From: Verrucomicrobiota bacterium
GTDB taxonomy: Bacteria; Verrucomicrobiota; Verrucomicrobiia; Palsa-1439
DNA length: 64,000 nt
Reading direction: 5' to 3'
NCBI GenBank assembly: GCA_037127585.1
Contig: JBAXYB010000004.1
Coordinates: 4,022-68,021 of the forward strand
Positions 49,464 through 58,919 of the stretch are shown piece by piece. The notes beneath the pieces were generated by a model that saw only the letters and a program-made list of their open reading frames with translations, did no database searches and was not told where the DNA came from. Numbering within the stretch: the stretch's first letter is position 1; each line of letters starts with the position of its first letter. The position numbers were made by a program, and so were the translations under genes.

Positions 49464-49616
49464 TGCTCCCCGCTTGATGCCGCTTACCGGCTGTGGCACA
49501 ATCCGAACGGGTCAAGCGTGGAGAACTAGCGACTGAGTTCACCTAAAGCATATCTTGTAAAGATTGAGCCGGAAGGTTTCGAGAGTGATCGGTGGGCGAT
49601 CACCGACAAACCGCTC

Positions 49617-49844
49617 ATGATCGGCCGCAGTAAAGACGCCGGGGTACCGCTGCTGAGTCGGAAAGTCTCCCGCGTCCAATGCCTGATCGCCCTCCAACGC
49701 GATGGCTCGTACATTCTGGTGGATCTTCATTCAACCAACGGCACGCGCGTGAATGACCGGTTGCTTCTGGGAAAAGAGGCCGTGCTCCAAGTGTACGACC
49801 GGATCGCCATCGGCGACGCGCAGTTTATCTTCAAAATGCTCTAA
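49617..49844 (+). CDS. FHA-domain protein (short; start uncertain)
   Basis: RSKDAGVPLLSRKVSRVQCLIALQRDGSYILVDLHSTNGTRVNDR matches FHA core motifs (G-R...S-x-x-H...N-G-T). The ORF stays open upstream to 49532 but offers only CTG or ATT as candidate starts there. Confidence 0.5.
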   Translation: MIGRSKDAGVPLLSRKVSRVQCLIALQRDGSYILVDLHSTNGTRVNDRLLLGKEAVLQVYDRIAIGDAQFIFKML

Positions 49845-49869
49845 ACCAATGCCGGTATCGGAAACCGGC

Positions 49870-50346
49870 TTACGCCTTAAAGATTGCGGCGGTGAATCCG
49901 AGAATCACGCCCGCGACGTTGTGACTGTTTAATTTGGCGAAATTGATCCGCAGCGTTTCATCGGCCAGATACTCCGTGTGTTCCGTGACGACGCGCACGG
50001 TGCGGCCATCTTTTGAAACCAAGAAGGCCAGCTTTGGCGCCAGCAGTCCGGCAACGCTCGTCGCGCCTGCTTTTGGCAGCACCGTCAGTTCGAGGCTGGC
50101 GCAGTACTCGGTGGGATTCTCGTCGGCGGCCTGGTCTTCAACGATCTGGACGCGACAGCGATCGGCTAAGACCGCTTTCACTTCCTCACACGCTGGGCGG
50201 ACGATTTCCCGCAGCAGTTCCCGGTGTTTGTTCCGCTGCTGTTGGGCCTGATCCGTATGGCGATCCGCTTCAGCCCGACCTTTGGCCCGCGCCTGGTCAT
50301 ACGATGCCAATTGGGCGTGAAGTTGCGTGACAATATTGGTCCTCAT
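49870..50346 (-). CDS. hypothetical protein
   Basis: A 158-aa ORF with a coiled-coil-like N-terminus and no recognisable motif. Confidence 0.4.
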   Translation of the reverse strand: MRTNIVTQLHAQLASYDQARAKGRAEADRHTDQAQQQRNKHRELLREIVRPACEEVKAVLADRCRVQIVEDQAADENPTEYCASLELTVLPKAGATSVAGLLAPKLAFLVSKDGRTVRVVTEHTEYLADETLRINFAKLNSHNVAGVILGFTAAIFKA

Positions 50347-50381
50347 GGCACTTACCTACAAACTAGCTGCCACCATGCCAA

Positions 50382-51404
50382 CTAGCCGGCCAGCGTTCGC
50401 CCCATGACTTCGACCAACGGCCGAATCGCAGCCATTAATTGCGCGAATTGCTCGGGCTTGAGTTGCTGGCCGCCGTCACTCAGCGCGGTGGCCGGATCGG
50501 GATGAACTTCAACCAACAAACCGTCAGCACCAACCGCCACCGCCGCCCGCGCCAACGGGATGATCATGTCGGCGCGACCGGCCGCATGACTCGGATCGAC
50601 GAAGACCGGCAAGTGCGTCTCCTTCTTCGCCACGGCGACCGCCGACAAGTCGAGCGTGTTCCGGCACGCAGTCTCGAACGTGCGGATGCCGCGTTCACAG
50701 AGAATGACCTGATTGTTGCCATGCACGCAGATGTACTCGGCGGCCAACAGCCATTCGTCCACCAGACCGGAAACACCCCGCTTCAACAGAATCGGCTTAC
50801 CGGCGGCGGCGGCGGCGGCGAGGAGGGGAATATTTTGGGCGTTGCGCGCGCCAATCTGGAGCACGTCGGCATAGCTCGCCACCAATTCGACATCTAGCGG
50901 ACTCATCACTTCGGTCACGATGGGCAAGCCGGTCACAGCTCGCGCTTCTTTCAACATCTCCAGCGCCGGTTGGCCGAGTCCCTGGAAGTCATACGGTGAG
51001 GTGCGCGGCTTGAATGCGCCACCGCGGAAGAGCGTCGCGCCGGAGGCCTTGACGGTTTTGGCGGTCGCGATGGTTTGGTCCGCTGTTTCGACGGAACACG
51101 GGCCGGCCACAACGTGAAATGCTTTGCCACCGAGTTTGAGTCCCGCCACATCAATAACCGTGTCGTGGGCCTGGTATTGCCGGCTGACGAGCTTGTATTT
51201 CTTTTGCACCCGCGTGACGGATTCGACTTGCGGGTAAACGATGAGCGATTCGAGGGTGTGATGGTTGCGTTCGTCGCCGACGCAGGCGACGATGGTGCGT
51301 TCGACGCCGCGAATCAGTCTCGGCTCGTACTCGAATTTCTTAACGGCATCACAGACTTGCTGGATTTCGGTTTCGTTGCTGCCAATTTTGAGGACGATAA
51401 TCAC
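50382..51404 (-). CDS. 3-deoxy-7-phosphoheptulonate (DAHP) synthase, type I-beta with an N-terminal regulatory domain
   Basis: A KDSA/AroG-like TIM barrel follows a roughly 80-aa ferredoxin-like N-terminal extension. Motifs include GPCSVE, GARN (GARNAQN) and the C-terminal metal-site residues. Confidence 0.75.
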   Translation of the reverse strand: MIIVLKIGSNETEIQQVCDAVKKFEYEPRLIRGVERTIVACVGDERNHHTLESLIVYPQVESVTRVQKKYKLVSRQYQAHDTVIDVAGLKLGGKAFHVVAGPCSVETADQTIATAKTVKASGATLFRGGAFKPRTSPYDFQGLGQPALEMLKEARAVTGLPIVTEVMSPLDVELVASYADVLQIGARNAQNIPLLAAAAAAGKPILLKRGVSGLVDEWLLAAEYICVHGNNQVILCERGIRTFETACRNTLDLSAVAVAKKETHLPVFVDPSHAAGRADMIIPLARAAVAVGADGLLVEVHPDPATALSDGGQQLKPEQFAQLMAAIRPLVEVMGRTLAG

Positions 51405-51440
51405 ACAGAGGATGTAGCAACCGGTCGGAGGAAAGTCAAA

Positions 51441-52784
51441 CTAGCCGGCGGCGACCGCGCCGAAATAGCCGTCCCAGGCGATGTCGACGATTTCTTTGCT
51501 CAGGCGAAGTTTCTCGCGGTTATAGCGGCAGACTTCCATGGCGCGGTCGATGAGGTCGCGGGGTTCGCAGGCTTTTGGCTCGCGGTTTTCTTTGCCGTAC
51601 CGGATTTCGAGGTGCGCCAGGATTGTCGGGTCAACAGTTAGCCCATGCCGGCGCGCGTACCGGATGAAGATATCGGCGTACGTCTGCGGACTCGGCGCCA
51701 TGACGTGGATCCGGTAGCCCATGCGCCGCAGGAACGCTTCGTCGGCAAGATCGGAGACCGTCAGATTGGTGGCGAACACGATGACTTGCTCGAAGGGCAC
51801 TTGGAATTTTTTGCCGTTGTTAAGCGTCAGATAGTCGATCCGACTTTCGAGCGGAATGATCCACCGATTGAGCAACGCTTCCGGCGAGCAGCGTTGCCGG
51901 CCGAGATCGTCCACGACCAAGACGCCGCCGTTGGATTTCAACTGGAACGGCGCTTCGTAGTACCGGTGCGCGGGTGAGTTCGCGAGATCCATGCTCTCGA
52001 TGGTGAGTTCGCCACCGACGACGACGAGGGGCGGCTTGATCTTGACCCACCGGCGGTCGTAATCGGTTTCCTCTATCTTGCAGGCTTCGTGGGTGTGCGG
52101 GTCGAACAACCGAATGACTTGACCGTCGACTTCGATGGCGTAGGGAATCCAAATGTTGCCGTCGATCGCATCGACGAGAGCGCGGGCGATGGCGGTCTTG
52201 CCGTTACCGGATGGACCGCTCAGAAACAGACTGCGACCGGAGCTGGCGACCAAGCCCAGCACTTGTTTGACGCCATCGTTGAGAACGAGTTCGCCCATCG
52301 CGTTGTCGAGATCGCTGCGCGCGGAAGGCGGGCGGGCTTGCACTTGCTTGGAGAGCCGGTCGGAGTACGCATCCAGCGAGACCGGCGCGGGGCCGACGTA
52401 GCTATTCGAAGCGGAGACGCGCGCGTATTCAGTCCACCCGCGTTCGAGCATCGCGTACCGGTGATTGTGGGAACCGACCACGCCTTTAATCTCGACGAAT
52501 TTGTCGCGCGTGAGTTTTTGCAACACCGCGTCGGTAATCATCAAGCCGAGATGCAAACGCGTGGCCACATCGGAAGCCGTTGAATTCGGGTCAACCGCCA
52601 TCGCCTTCAACACTAGTTCGCCCAGAAACCCGGACGAAATGCCAAGCTCCTCGATCGTCATCGGCATCGGCGGCTTGAACGAGTGTCCGTCGTCCACCAG
52701 CAACGACGTCGTCGCCGCCGATTTAAGATGCGGCGTGAAGCTGACGACCTTTTTGGTGTTATCGGTATTGGCTAGGGCGATCAT
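51441..52784 (-). CDS. AAA+ family ATPase of unknown function
   Basis: Walker A in the middle of the protein (LSGPSGNGKTAIARAL) and Walker-B-like VLVVDDLGRQ are present. I cannot place it in a subfamily. Confidence 0.5.
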   Translation of the reverse strand: MIALANTDNTKKVVSFTPHLKSAATTSLLVDDGHSFKPPMPMTIEELGISSGFLGELVLKAMAVDPNSTASDVATRLHLGLMITDAVLQKLTRDKFVEIKGVVGSHNHRYAMLERGWTEYARVSASNSYVGPAPVSLDAYSDRLSKQVQARPPSARSDLDNAMGELVLNDGVKQVLGLVASSGRSLFLSGPSGNGKTAIARALVDAIDGNIWIPYAIEVDGQVIRLFDPHTHEACKIEETDYDRRWVKIKPPLVVVGGELTIESMDLANSPAHRYYEAPFQLKSNGGVLVVDDLGRQRCSPEALLNRWIIPLESRIDYLTLNNGKKFQVPFEQVIVFATNLTVSDLADEAFLRRMGYRIHVMAPSPQTYADIFIRYARRHGLTVDPTILAHLEIRYGKENREPKACEPRDLIDRAMEVCRYNREKLRLSKEIVDIAWDGYFGAVAAG

Positions 52785-52872
52785 TGTTTAATAATCCGAT
52801 TCAAAAATAGCGGCTTCCATGCCAGTCGGCTAATCCTTGCAACGCTGCCGGCTTTTTCCTAAAGTGCCCGGC

Positions 52873-53397
52873 ATGACAACGCGCTTATTGACAAGGGTTT
52901 TGGTGATTTCCACCCTGCTCGCCTGCCTCCCGGCGGCGCCGGCAGCCGATCAAACCATCAATCAAAACTTGGGAGTCATGGACGAGAAAGTCAATCGACT
53001 CAACGCCCAGATGGAAGACTTGCTGGTCCGCTACCAGGCAATGCAAAAGGACATGGACTTGATTCGTGGCGAACTCCAAGAATTTCGCCGCGCCGGCGGT
53101 GGCGTCTCGCAAGCCGACCTGAAAGCACTTGACGACCGCATCCAAGCCGTCGACACCGCCCGGAAAAATGACCGGCAAGCCATCATCGATCAACTCGCCA
53201 AAGAACTCGCCGGCGCCGGTAAGCCCGCCGGCAAGACACCGCCAGCGGCTGACGGGAAAGAGCATGTCGTACTAAAAGGCGAATACCTCGCCACGATTGC
53301 GCGCAAGTATGGCGTGTCAGTCGCCGACTTGAAGAAGGCGAATAATCTGACCGGCGACGACATCAAGGTCGGGCAGAAGTTGACGATCCCGAAGTAA
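52873..53397 (+). CDS. secreted LysM-domain protein with a coiled-coil region
   Basis: A signal peptide, a coiled coil, and a C-terminal LysM (HVVLKGEYLATIARKYGVSVADLKKANNLTGDDIKVGQKLTIP) are present. Confidence 0.65.
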   Translation: MTTRLLTRVLVISTLLACLPAAPAADQTINQNLGVMDEKVNRLNAQMEDLLVRYQAMQKDMDLIRGELQEFRRAGGGVSQADLKALDDRIQAVDTARKNDRQAIIDQLAKELAGAGKPAGKTPPAADGKEHVVLKGEYLATIARKYGVSVADLKKANNLTGDDIKVGQKLTIPK

Positions 53398-53415
53398 TCG
53401 CAACAGGATCGCCAT

Positions 53416-53490
53416 TGTAGCCGCGAGCCTGCTCGCGGCCCCACGGAATGCGCCAGTCCACAGTGAACCGCGAGCAGGCTCGCGGCTACA
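53416..53490. repeat. REPIN: two identical units (TGTAGCCGCGAGCCTGCTCGCGG) in inverted orientation, between convergent genes
   Basis: The arms are perfect 23-nt sequences at 53416-53438 and 53468-53490. Each arm is itself a small hairpin (CCGCGAGC..GCTCGCGG). Confidence 0.65.
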
Positions 53491-53513
53491 AAACCGAATT
53501 TCAAAACGCGCTC

Positions 53514-56500
53514 TCAGGCTTTTTCGGGCCGGTTGCTGTCCCAGACGATCGCCTTCTGCGGGGCGCTCTTCCGTTGCGAATCACCGCCCCCGCCCCACTG
53601 TCGCTGCCCAGCCGGCTTGGCGGTCATCTTCTCGGTATCCACCTTCAACCACACCGTTTCCTCGCCCGCCAACGTTTCGAGCGCGTCCACCAGTTCGGCC
53701 GACGGCGTCACCGCGAATTGATCGTGCGGTTCGAGAAACAAGAGTTGGCCATCCGGGTACATGAAGCAAAACATCACCGGCACGCCGCCGGTATGGGCGT
53801 TCAACAGATCCCGAATCTGCAGCAACGTAGCCTCGTTGGCCGCCGTGGTTGAAAGCCGGATGTGCATGGCCTTGGTGAACCGCTTGGGGACGTCGGTCAA
53901 TGGGATAACTTGATCCGCAAATATTTTCGGTTTGTCCTCGCGCAGATTCACCACGCCGGTAACAAAGACGGGCGCGTCCGCTTTCAAATGGATCGCACAC
54001 TTCGCATACGCCTCCGGGAAGACGAGCACCTCCACCGCGCCATCGAGATCTTCGAGCGTCAGGATCGCCATCGGCTTGCCTTGCTTGGTCAACCGCGGCT
54101 GGAGTTTACTCACAAGACCGCCGATGCGCGTGGCTTGGCCGTCCTGCAATTGAAGCAACTGCGTCGTCGACGCGAGTTCGTACCGGCGCAGAATCTCCGC
54201 GTACTGACTCAACGGATGGCCGGTCACGTAGAACCCGAGCAATTCTTTTTCGAAGCCCAACATCTCACTCTGCGTCCACTCCACCGCTGGCGGCTGACCG
54301 GCGGTTTGCTTGCGGGCATTGACCGGCGCGACGTCAAAGAGCGCGGCCTGCCCGCGATCCTTGTCGCGCTGGACAGTGGCGGCGCGATTGATTTGGTAAT
54401 CGATCTCGGCGAACACCTGGGCGCGCGCCGGGTTGATGGCGTCGAATGCGCCGCATTTGATGAGACACTCGATGACCTTGCGATTGACGACATGCATGTC
54501 GATCCGGTCACAGTAATTGGCAAGCGAGGTGAACGGCCCGCCCTTCCCGCGCACATCGATGATGTTCTGCACGGCGATCTCGCCCACGTTTTTAATCGCG
54601 GCCATGCCGAAACGGATTGCCTTAGTAGCGCGGGCGTCCCGCCCGTCTCCCCCAGCCGACGACACGGGCGGGACGCCCGCGCTACTGGTTACGGTGAACC
54701 GCACGCCGCTCTCATTCACATCCGGCGGCAAGACTTCGATCTTCATGTGCCGGCATTCGTTGATGAAGAGCTGAATCTTCTCCGTGTTCGCCAGTTCGTT
54801 CGATAACGACGCCGCCATGAACTCGACCGGGTAGTTCGCCTTCAAGTACGCCGTCTGATACGCGACCACGGCGTAGGCGGCACTATGCGATTTGTTAAAT
54901 CCGTAACCGGCAAACTTCGCCAGCGTATCGAAAATTCCTTCGGCTTTGGCTTTCGGGATTTTATGCGTGTCCGCGCAGCCTTTGATGAACGTGGCGCGCT
55001 GCTTCTCCATCTCCTCCAGCTTTTTCTTCCCCATCGCGCGCCGCAAAATATCCGCGCCCCCGAGCGTGTACCCGGCCAGCGCGTTCGCCGCCTGCATGAC
55101 CTGCTCCTGGTACACAAAAATGCCATACGTCTCTTTGAGAATCGTCTCCAGCGCCGGGTGGTCGTAGACAACTTTCACCTTGCCATGTTTGCGAGCAATG
55201 TAGTCGTCGATGAACTGCATCGGCCCCGGCCGGTAGAGCGCGATGAGCGCGTTGATGACCTCAATCGAATCAATCCCAATGCGCCGGCACAAGTCGCGCA
55301 TCCCGCCGGATTCCAATTGAAACACGCCGATGGTGTTCGCCTTCATCAGCAGGTCGAACGTCTTTTGATCGTTGAGCGGAATCTTCTCCATGTCAACGCG
55401 CGTCCCGGTGGTCTGCTCAATCAGATCGAGGCAATCCTTGATCACCGTCAACGTCTTCAACCCGAGGAAATCCATCTTCAACACGCCGAGATCGCCGAGC
55501 GGATTCATCGAGTACTGCGTGACGATGTCAGTCTCATTCGTGCCGGTCGTCAGCGGCACGATATTCGTCAACGGCTCCGCGCCGATGACCACGCCGGCCG
55601 CGTGCGTGGATGCGTTGCGCGCGATGCCTTCGAGCGCCTTGCCGTTGTCGATGATGCGCCGGACGATGTCCTCCGTATTGTAGGCCGTCTTGAGCTCGGG
55701 GTTCATCTCCAACGCCTTCTCCAGCGTCATACCGAGATCCGGCGGAATCATCTTTGCGATCCGGTCACACTCGGTATAACCCAGCCCCAGCACACGCCCC
55801 ACATCCCGCACCACCATCTTCGCGCCGAGCGTACCGAACGTGATGATCTGCGCGACGTGATCCGACCCGTACTTCTGCCGGACATACTCAATGACTTCCG
55901 GTCGGCGGTTGTAACAAAAGTCCATGTCGATATCCGGCGGCGACACGCGTTCGGGATTGAGAAACCGCTCAAAGAACAACCCATACCGGAGCGGGTCGAT
56001 ATCCGTGATCTTCAACGCATACGCCACCAGACTACCGGCCGCACTGCCGCGCCCCGGCCCCACCGGGATGCCATGCGTCCGCGCGAAATTCACAAAATCC
56101 CAGACGATCAAGAAATAGCTCGTGAACCCCTGCTTCGCGATGACATCCAGCTCGCGTTCGACCCGCGCGTGGATTTCGTTCGACGGCGAGCTGCCATACC
56201 GCTCGCGCACCCCGGCTTCGGTGAGTTGCCGGAGATACTGGTTCCGCTCGACACCAACCGGCGGGTGATAGACCGGAAAACGCAGCTTGCCGAACTCGAA
56301 TTTGAAACTGCATTTCTCCGCGACTTCGAGCGTGTTCGTGACCGCCTCCGGCACCTCGGCGAACAGCGTGTGCATTTCCTCCGGCGACCGCAGGAAAAAC
56401 TGCTCCGGCGCATACCGCATCCGCTTCTCGTCGCTGACCAACGCCTGCGTCTGCAAACAGATCAAACAATCGTGCGCTTCCCAATCACCGCGTTTGACAT

Positions 56501-57134
56501 AATGCACGTCGTTCGTGGCGACGGTCGCCAACTTGAATTCCTTCGCCCACTTGAGCAACTGCCGGTTGGCGACTTGCTGTTCCGGTATGCCGTGGTTTTG
56601 CAGTTCGATGTAAAAATCCCCCGGCGCAAAAATCTGCCGGTAATCATCCAGCGCCGCTTTCGCCTGTTCAACCTGCTCGTTGATGATCTTGTTCGGCACC
56701 TCGCCCTTGAGACACGAAGTGAAGCCGATCAACCCTTTCGAGTGTTGCGCGAGAATTTCCTTATCGATGCGCGGCTTGTAGTAGAAGCCTTCGAGATGCG
56801 CCATCGTGACCAGCTTGATGAGATTCTTGTACCCGGTCTCATCCTTCGCCAGCAGCACCAAATGATACGCCGCATCTCGAGCACTCCCGGCCTTCTTCTC
56901 CAACCGCGACCCCGGCGCGATATACGTCTCGCACCCGATGATTGGTTTCAGTCCCTTCGCTGATGCGGCCTGATAGAACTCGACCGCCCCGAACATCCCG
57001 CCATGATCCGTCATCGCAATTGCCGGCATCCCGTACTCGTGGGCTTTGGCGATCACATCGTCCACACGGCACGCCCCGTCGAGCATGCTGTACTCGGTGT
57101 GCAAATGCAGATGGACAAAGTCGGAGTGTTTCAT
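53514..57134 (-). CDS. dnaE: DNA polymerase III alpha subunit
   Basis: The N-terminal PHP domain (FVHLHLHTEYSMLDGA), the polymerase core, HhH and OB domains are present in a 1206-aa protein. Confidence 0.9.
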   Translation of the reverse strand: MKHSDFVHLHLHTEYSMLDGACRVDDVIAKAHEYGMPAIAMTDHGGMFGAVEFYQAASAKGLKPIIGCETYIAPGSRLEKKAGSARDAAYHLVLLAKDETGYKNLIKLVTMAHLEGFYYKPRIDKEILAQHSKGLIGFTSCLKGEVPNKIINEQVEQAKAALDDYRQIFAPGDFYIELQNHGIPEQQVANRQLLKWAKEFKLATVATNDVHYVKRGDWEAHDCLICLQTQALVSDEKRMRYAPEQFFLRSPEEMHTLFAEVPEAVTNTLEVAEKCSFKFEFGKLRFPVYHPPVGVERNQYLRQLTEAGVRERYGSSPSNEIHARVERELDVIAKQGFTSYFLIVWDFVNFARTHGIPVGPGRGSAAGSLVAYALKITDIDPLRYGLFFERFLNPERVSPPDIDMDFCYNRRPEVIEYVRQKYGSDHVAQIITFGTLGAKMVVRDVGRVLGLGYTECDRIAKMIPPDLGMTLEKALEMNPELKTAYNTEDIVRRIIDNGKALEGIARNASTHAAGVVIGAEPLTNIVPLTTGTNETDIVTQYSMNPLGDLGVLKMDFLGLKTLTVIKDCLDLIEQTTGTRVDMEKIPLNDQKTFDLLMKANTIGVFQLESGGMRDLCRRIGIDSIEVINALIALYRPGPMQFIDDYIARKHGKVKVVYDHPALETILKETYGIFVYQEQVMQAANALAGYTLGGADILRRAMGKKKLEEMEKQRATFIKGCADTHKIPKAKAEGIFDTLAKFAGYGFNKSHSAAYAVVAYQTAYLKANYPVEFMAASLSNELANTEKIQLFINECRHMKIEVLPPDVNESGVRFTVTSSAGVPPVSSAGGDGRDARATKAIRFGMAAIKNVGEIAVQNIIDVRGKGGPFTSLANYCDRIDMHVVNRKVIECLIKCGAFDAINPARAQVFAEIDYQINRAATVQRDKDRGQAALFDVAPVNARKQTAGQPPAVEWTQSEMLGFEKELLGFYVTGHPLSQYAEILRRYELASTTQLLQLQDGQATRIGGLVSKLQPRLTKQGKPMAILTLEDLDGAVEVLVFPEAYAKCAIHLKADAPVFVTGVVNLREDKPKIFADQVIPLTDVPKRFTKAMHIRLSTTAANEATLLQIRDLLNAHTGGVPVMFCFMYPDGQLLFLEPHDQFAVTPSAELVDALETLAGEETVWLKVDTEKMTAKPAGQRQWGGGGDSQRKSAPQKAIVWDSNRPEKA
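54625..54685. repeat. REPIN (two identical GTAGCGCGGGCGTCCCGCCCG units inverted, 19-nt spacer) embedded in-frame within dnaE
   Basis: The doublet is a perfect inverted repeat, translated as approximately SSAGVPPVSSAGGDGRDARATK between the conserved PPDVNESGVRF and AIRFGMAAIKNVGE segments of DnaE. Confidence 0.65.
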
Positions 57135-57152
57135 GAACTCGTGCCGGTGACT

Positions 57153-57407
57153 CTACCGCAAGATGAGAAAGATGAACAACCCCAACATCGCCGCCGCCAC
57201 CACCCAAATCCAAACTTGCCGGCTCGATGGCTTGCCGACACCTTCCCGGCGTTTCCAGTCTTCGTAATCAAAATCGGCCGGATCTTCCTCGTGAATGGTA
57301 TCGTCCGCCCACCCGGTCTTCTCGTCTGCACCGCAAGCCGGGCAGGCTTTAGCCCCCGCCGGCACGTCTTCTCCACAGTTCGGGCAACTGAACTCCTCGT
57401 CAGGCAT
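57153..57407 (-). CDS. zinc-ribbon small membrane protein
   Basis: MPDEEFSCPNCGEDVPAGAKACPACGAD has two CxxC pairs, followed by an acidic linker and a C-terminal transmembrane helix. Confidence 0.5.
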   Translation of the reverse strand: MPDEEFSCPNCGEDVPAGAKACPACGADEKTGWADDTIHEEDPADFDYEDWKRREGVGKPSSRQVWIWVVAAAMLGLFIFLILR

Positions 57408-58833
57408 GGCCGAACAACTCATCCACGCGTTTCTTCACCGCGCCATCCATCTTAATGATCGGCGGCCAGGGGCGTGTCTCCGCCTCGCCCGGCCACTTGT
57501 GCGTCGCATCAAAACCCAGCTTACTCCCCAGCCCCATTGTCGGCGTCGAGTGATCAAGCACATCGGCGGGGCCTTTGGTGAAAATGATGTCGCGCTGTGG
57601 GTCGACGTTCGCGGTCAGCCGGAACATCACCTCACTCAGGTTGTGGACATTCACATCTTCGTCCACGACCACGATCATCTTCGTGAACATCATCTGCCCC
57701 ATGCCCCACAACCCGTGCATCACCTTCATCGCATGATACGGAAACTGTTTCTTGATCGAGACCACCACCAGATTGTGGAACGCCCCCTCCGCCGGCAACG
57801 CGAGGTCCACGATCTCGTTGAACGTCATCTTAAACACCGGCAGAAAGATCCGGACGCTCGCCGTCCCCATGTAGAAATCTTCCATCGGCGGAATGCCGAC
57901 GATGGTGCTCGGATAAATCGCATCCTTCTTCGCCGTGATGCGTTCGATATGAAACTTCGGATAAGGCTCCGGCAACGTGTAATACCCGGTGTGATCACCG
58001 AACGGCCCTTCGAGATCGAGTTTCTCCTCGGGATCGACGTAGCCTTCCAACACAAAATCGCAATCCGCCGGCACTTCGAGATCGTTCGTCTGACACTTCA
58101 CCATCGCGACTGATTTCTTCCGGAGAAAACCGGCCAGCATCATCTCATCAATCCCATCCGGCATCGGGGCTGTCGCCGCAAACGTGTAAACCGGGTCGCC
58201 CCCCAGCGCGACAGTGACCGGCATCCGTTTCTTCAACTCCACATACCGGCGCCAATGCCGCGCCCCGGTCTTGTGCAGTTGCCAATGCATGAACGTGGTC
58301 CGCTCATCGATGACTTGCATCCGGTACGTCCCGACGTTGCGCGCCCCGGTATCCGGATCCCGCGTGATGACCAACGGCAGCGTGATGAACCGCCCCGCAT
58401 CCTGCGGCCAACATTTCTGAATCGGTATTTCGCTGAGACCGCGTAACTCCGTGGTCGGAGCGGCGTCCCCGCCGCGACCGGGTTTGGCATGCCGAAGTTT
58501 CAAGGCCGTCCCCAACAACGCCACCGTCTCCTTGAACGAGGTCGGCGGCTTGGCCTTCAAGAGCGATTCGAGTTCGCCGGCAATCTCCTCGACCGAGTCC
58601 ACCCCAAGCGCCATCGCCATCCGCTTTGTCGACCCGTAGCCATTGATCAACAGCGGAAACTTCGCGCCCTTGCACTTCTCAAACAACAACGCCTTCCCGC
58701 CGCCCGGTAACTTCATTTCCCGGTCCGCAATCTCCGTGATTTCAAAGACGGGATCGACTTCGATGGTGATCCGCTTCAACTCACCGGTGGCGTCGAGCTT
58801 TGAGACAAAATCGCGCAAGGAATCGTAGGCCAT
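57400..58833 (-). CDS. UbiD-family (prenylated-FMN-dependent) decarboxylase
   Basis: The N-terminus MAYDSLRDFVSKLDATGELKRI and a protein of about 480 aa match the UbiD fold. Confidence 0.8.
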   Translation of the reverse strand: MAYDSLRDFVSKLDATGELKRITIEVDPVFEITEIADREMKLPGGGKALLFEKCKGAKFPLLINGYGSTKRMAMALGVDSVEEIAGELESLLKAKPPTSFKETVALLGTALKLRHAKPGRGGDAAPTTELRGLSEIPIQKCWPQDAGRFITLPLVITRDPDTGARNVGTYRMQVIDERTTFMHWQLHKTGARHWRRYVELKKRMPVTVALGGDPVYTFAATAPMPDGIDEMMLAGFLRKKSVAMVKCQTNDLEVPADCDFVLEGYVDPEEKLDLEGPFGDHTGYYTLPEPYPKFHIERITAKKDAIYPSTIVGIPPMEDFYMGTASVRIFLPVFKMTFNEIVDLALPAEGAFHNLVVVSIKKQFPYHAMKVMHGLWGMGQMMFTKMIVVVDEDVNVHNLSEVMFRLTANVDPQRDIIFTKGPADVLDHSTPTMGLGSKLGFDATHKWPGEAETRPWPPIIKMDGAVKKRVDELFGHA

Positions 58834-58859
58834 GCGTCGACTGATACCAAAAAGCCGGC

Positions 58860-58916
58860 GTAGGAGCGACATTCTTGTCGCGATCGTCCTGGTCGCGGCA
58901 GGAATGCCGCTCCTAC
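58860..58916. repeat. REPIN with two slightly diverged units (GTAGGAGCGACATTCTTGTCGC / GTAGGAGCGGCATTCCTGCCGC)
   Basis: The inverted doublet lies between the queC stop and the ubiD start. The differences between arms are compensatory and keep each hairpin intact. Confidence 0.55.
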
Positions 58917-58919
58917 AAA

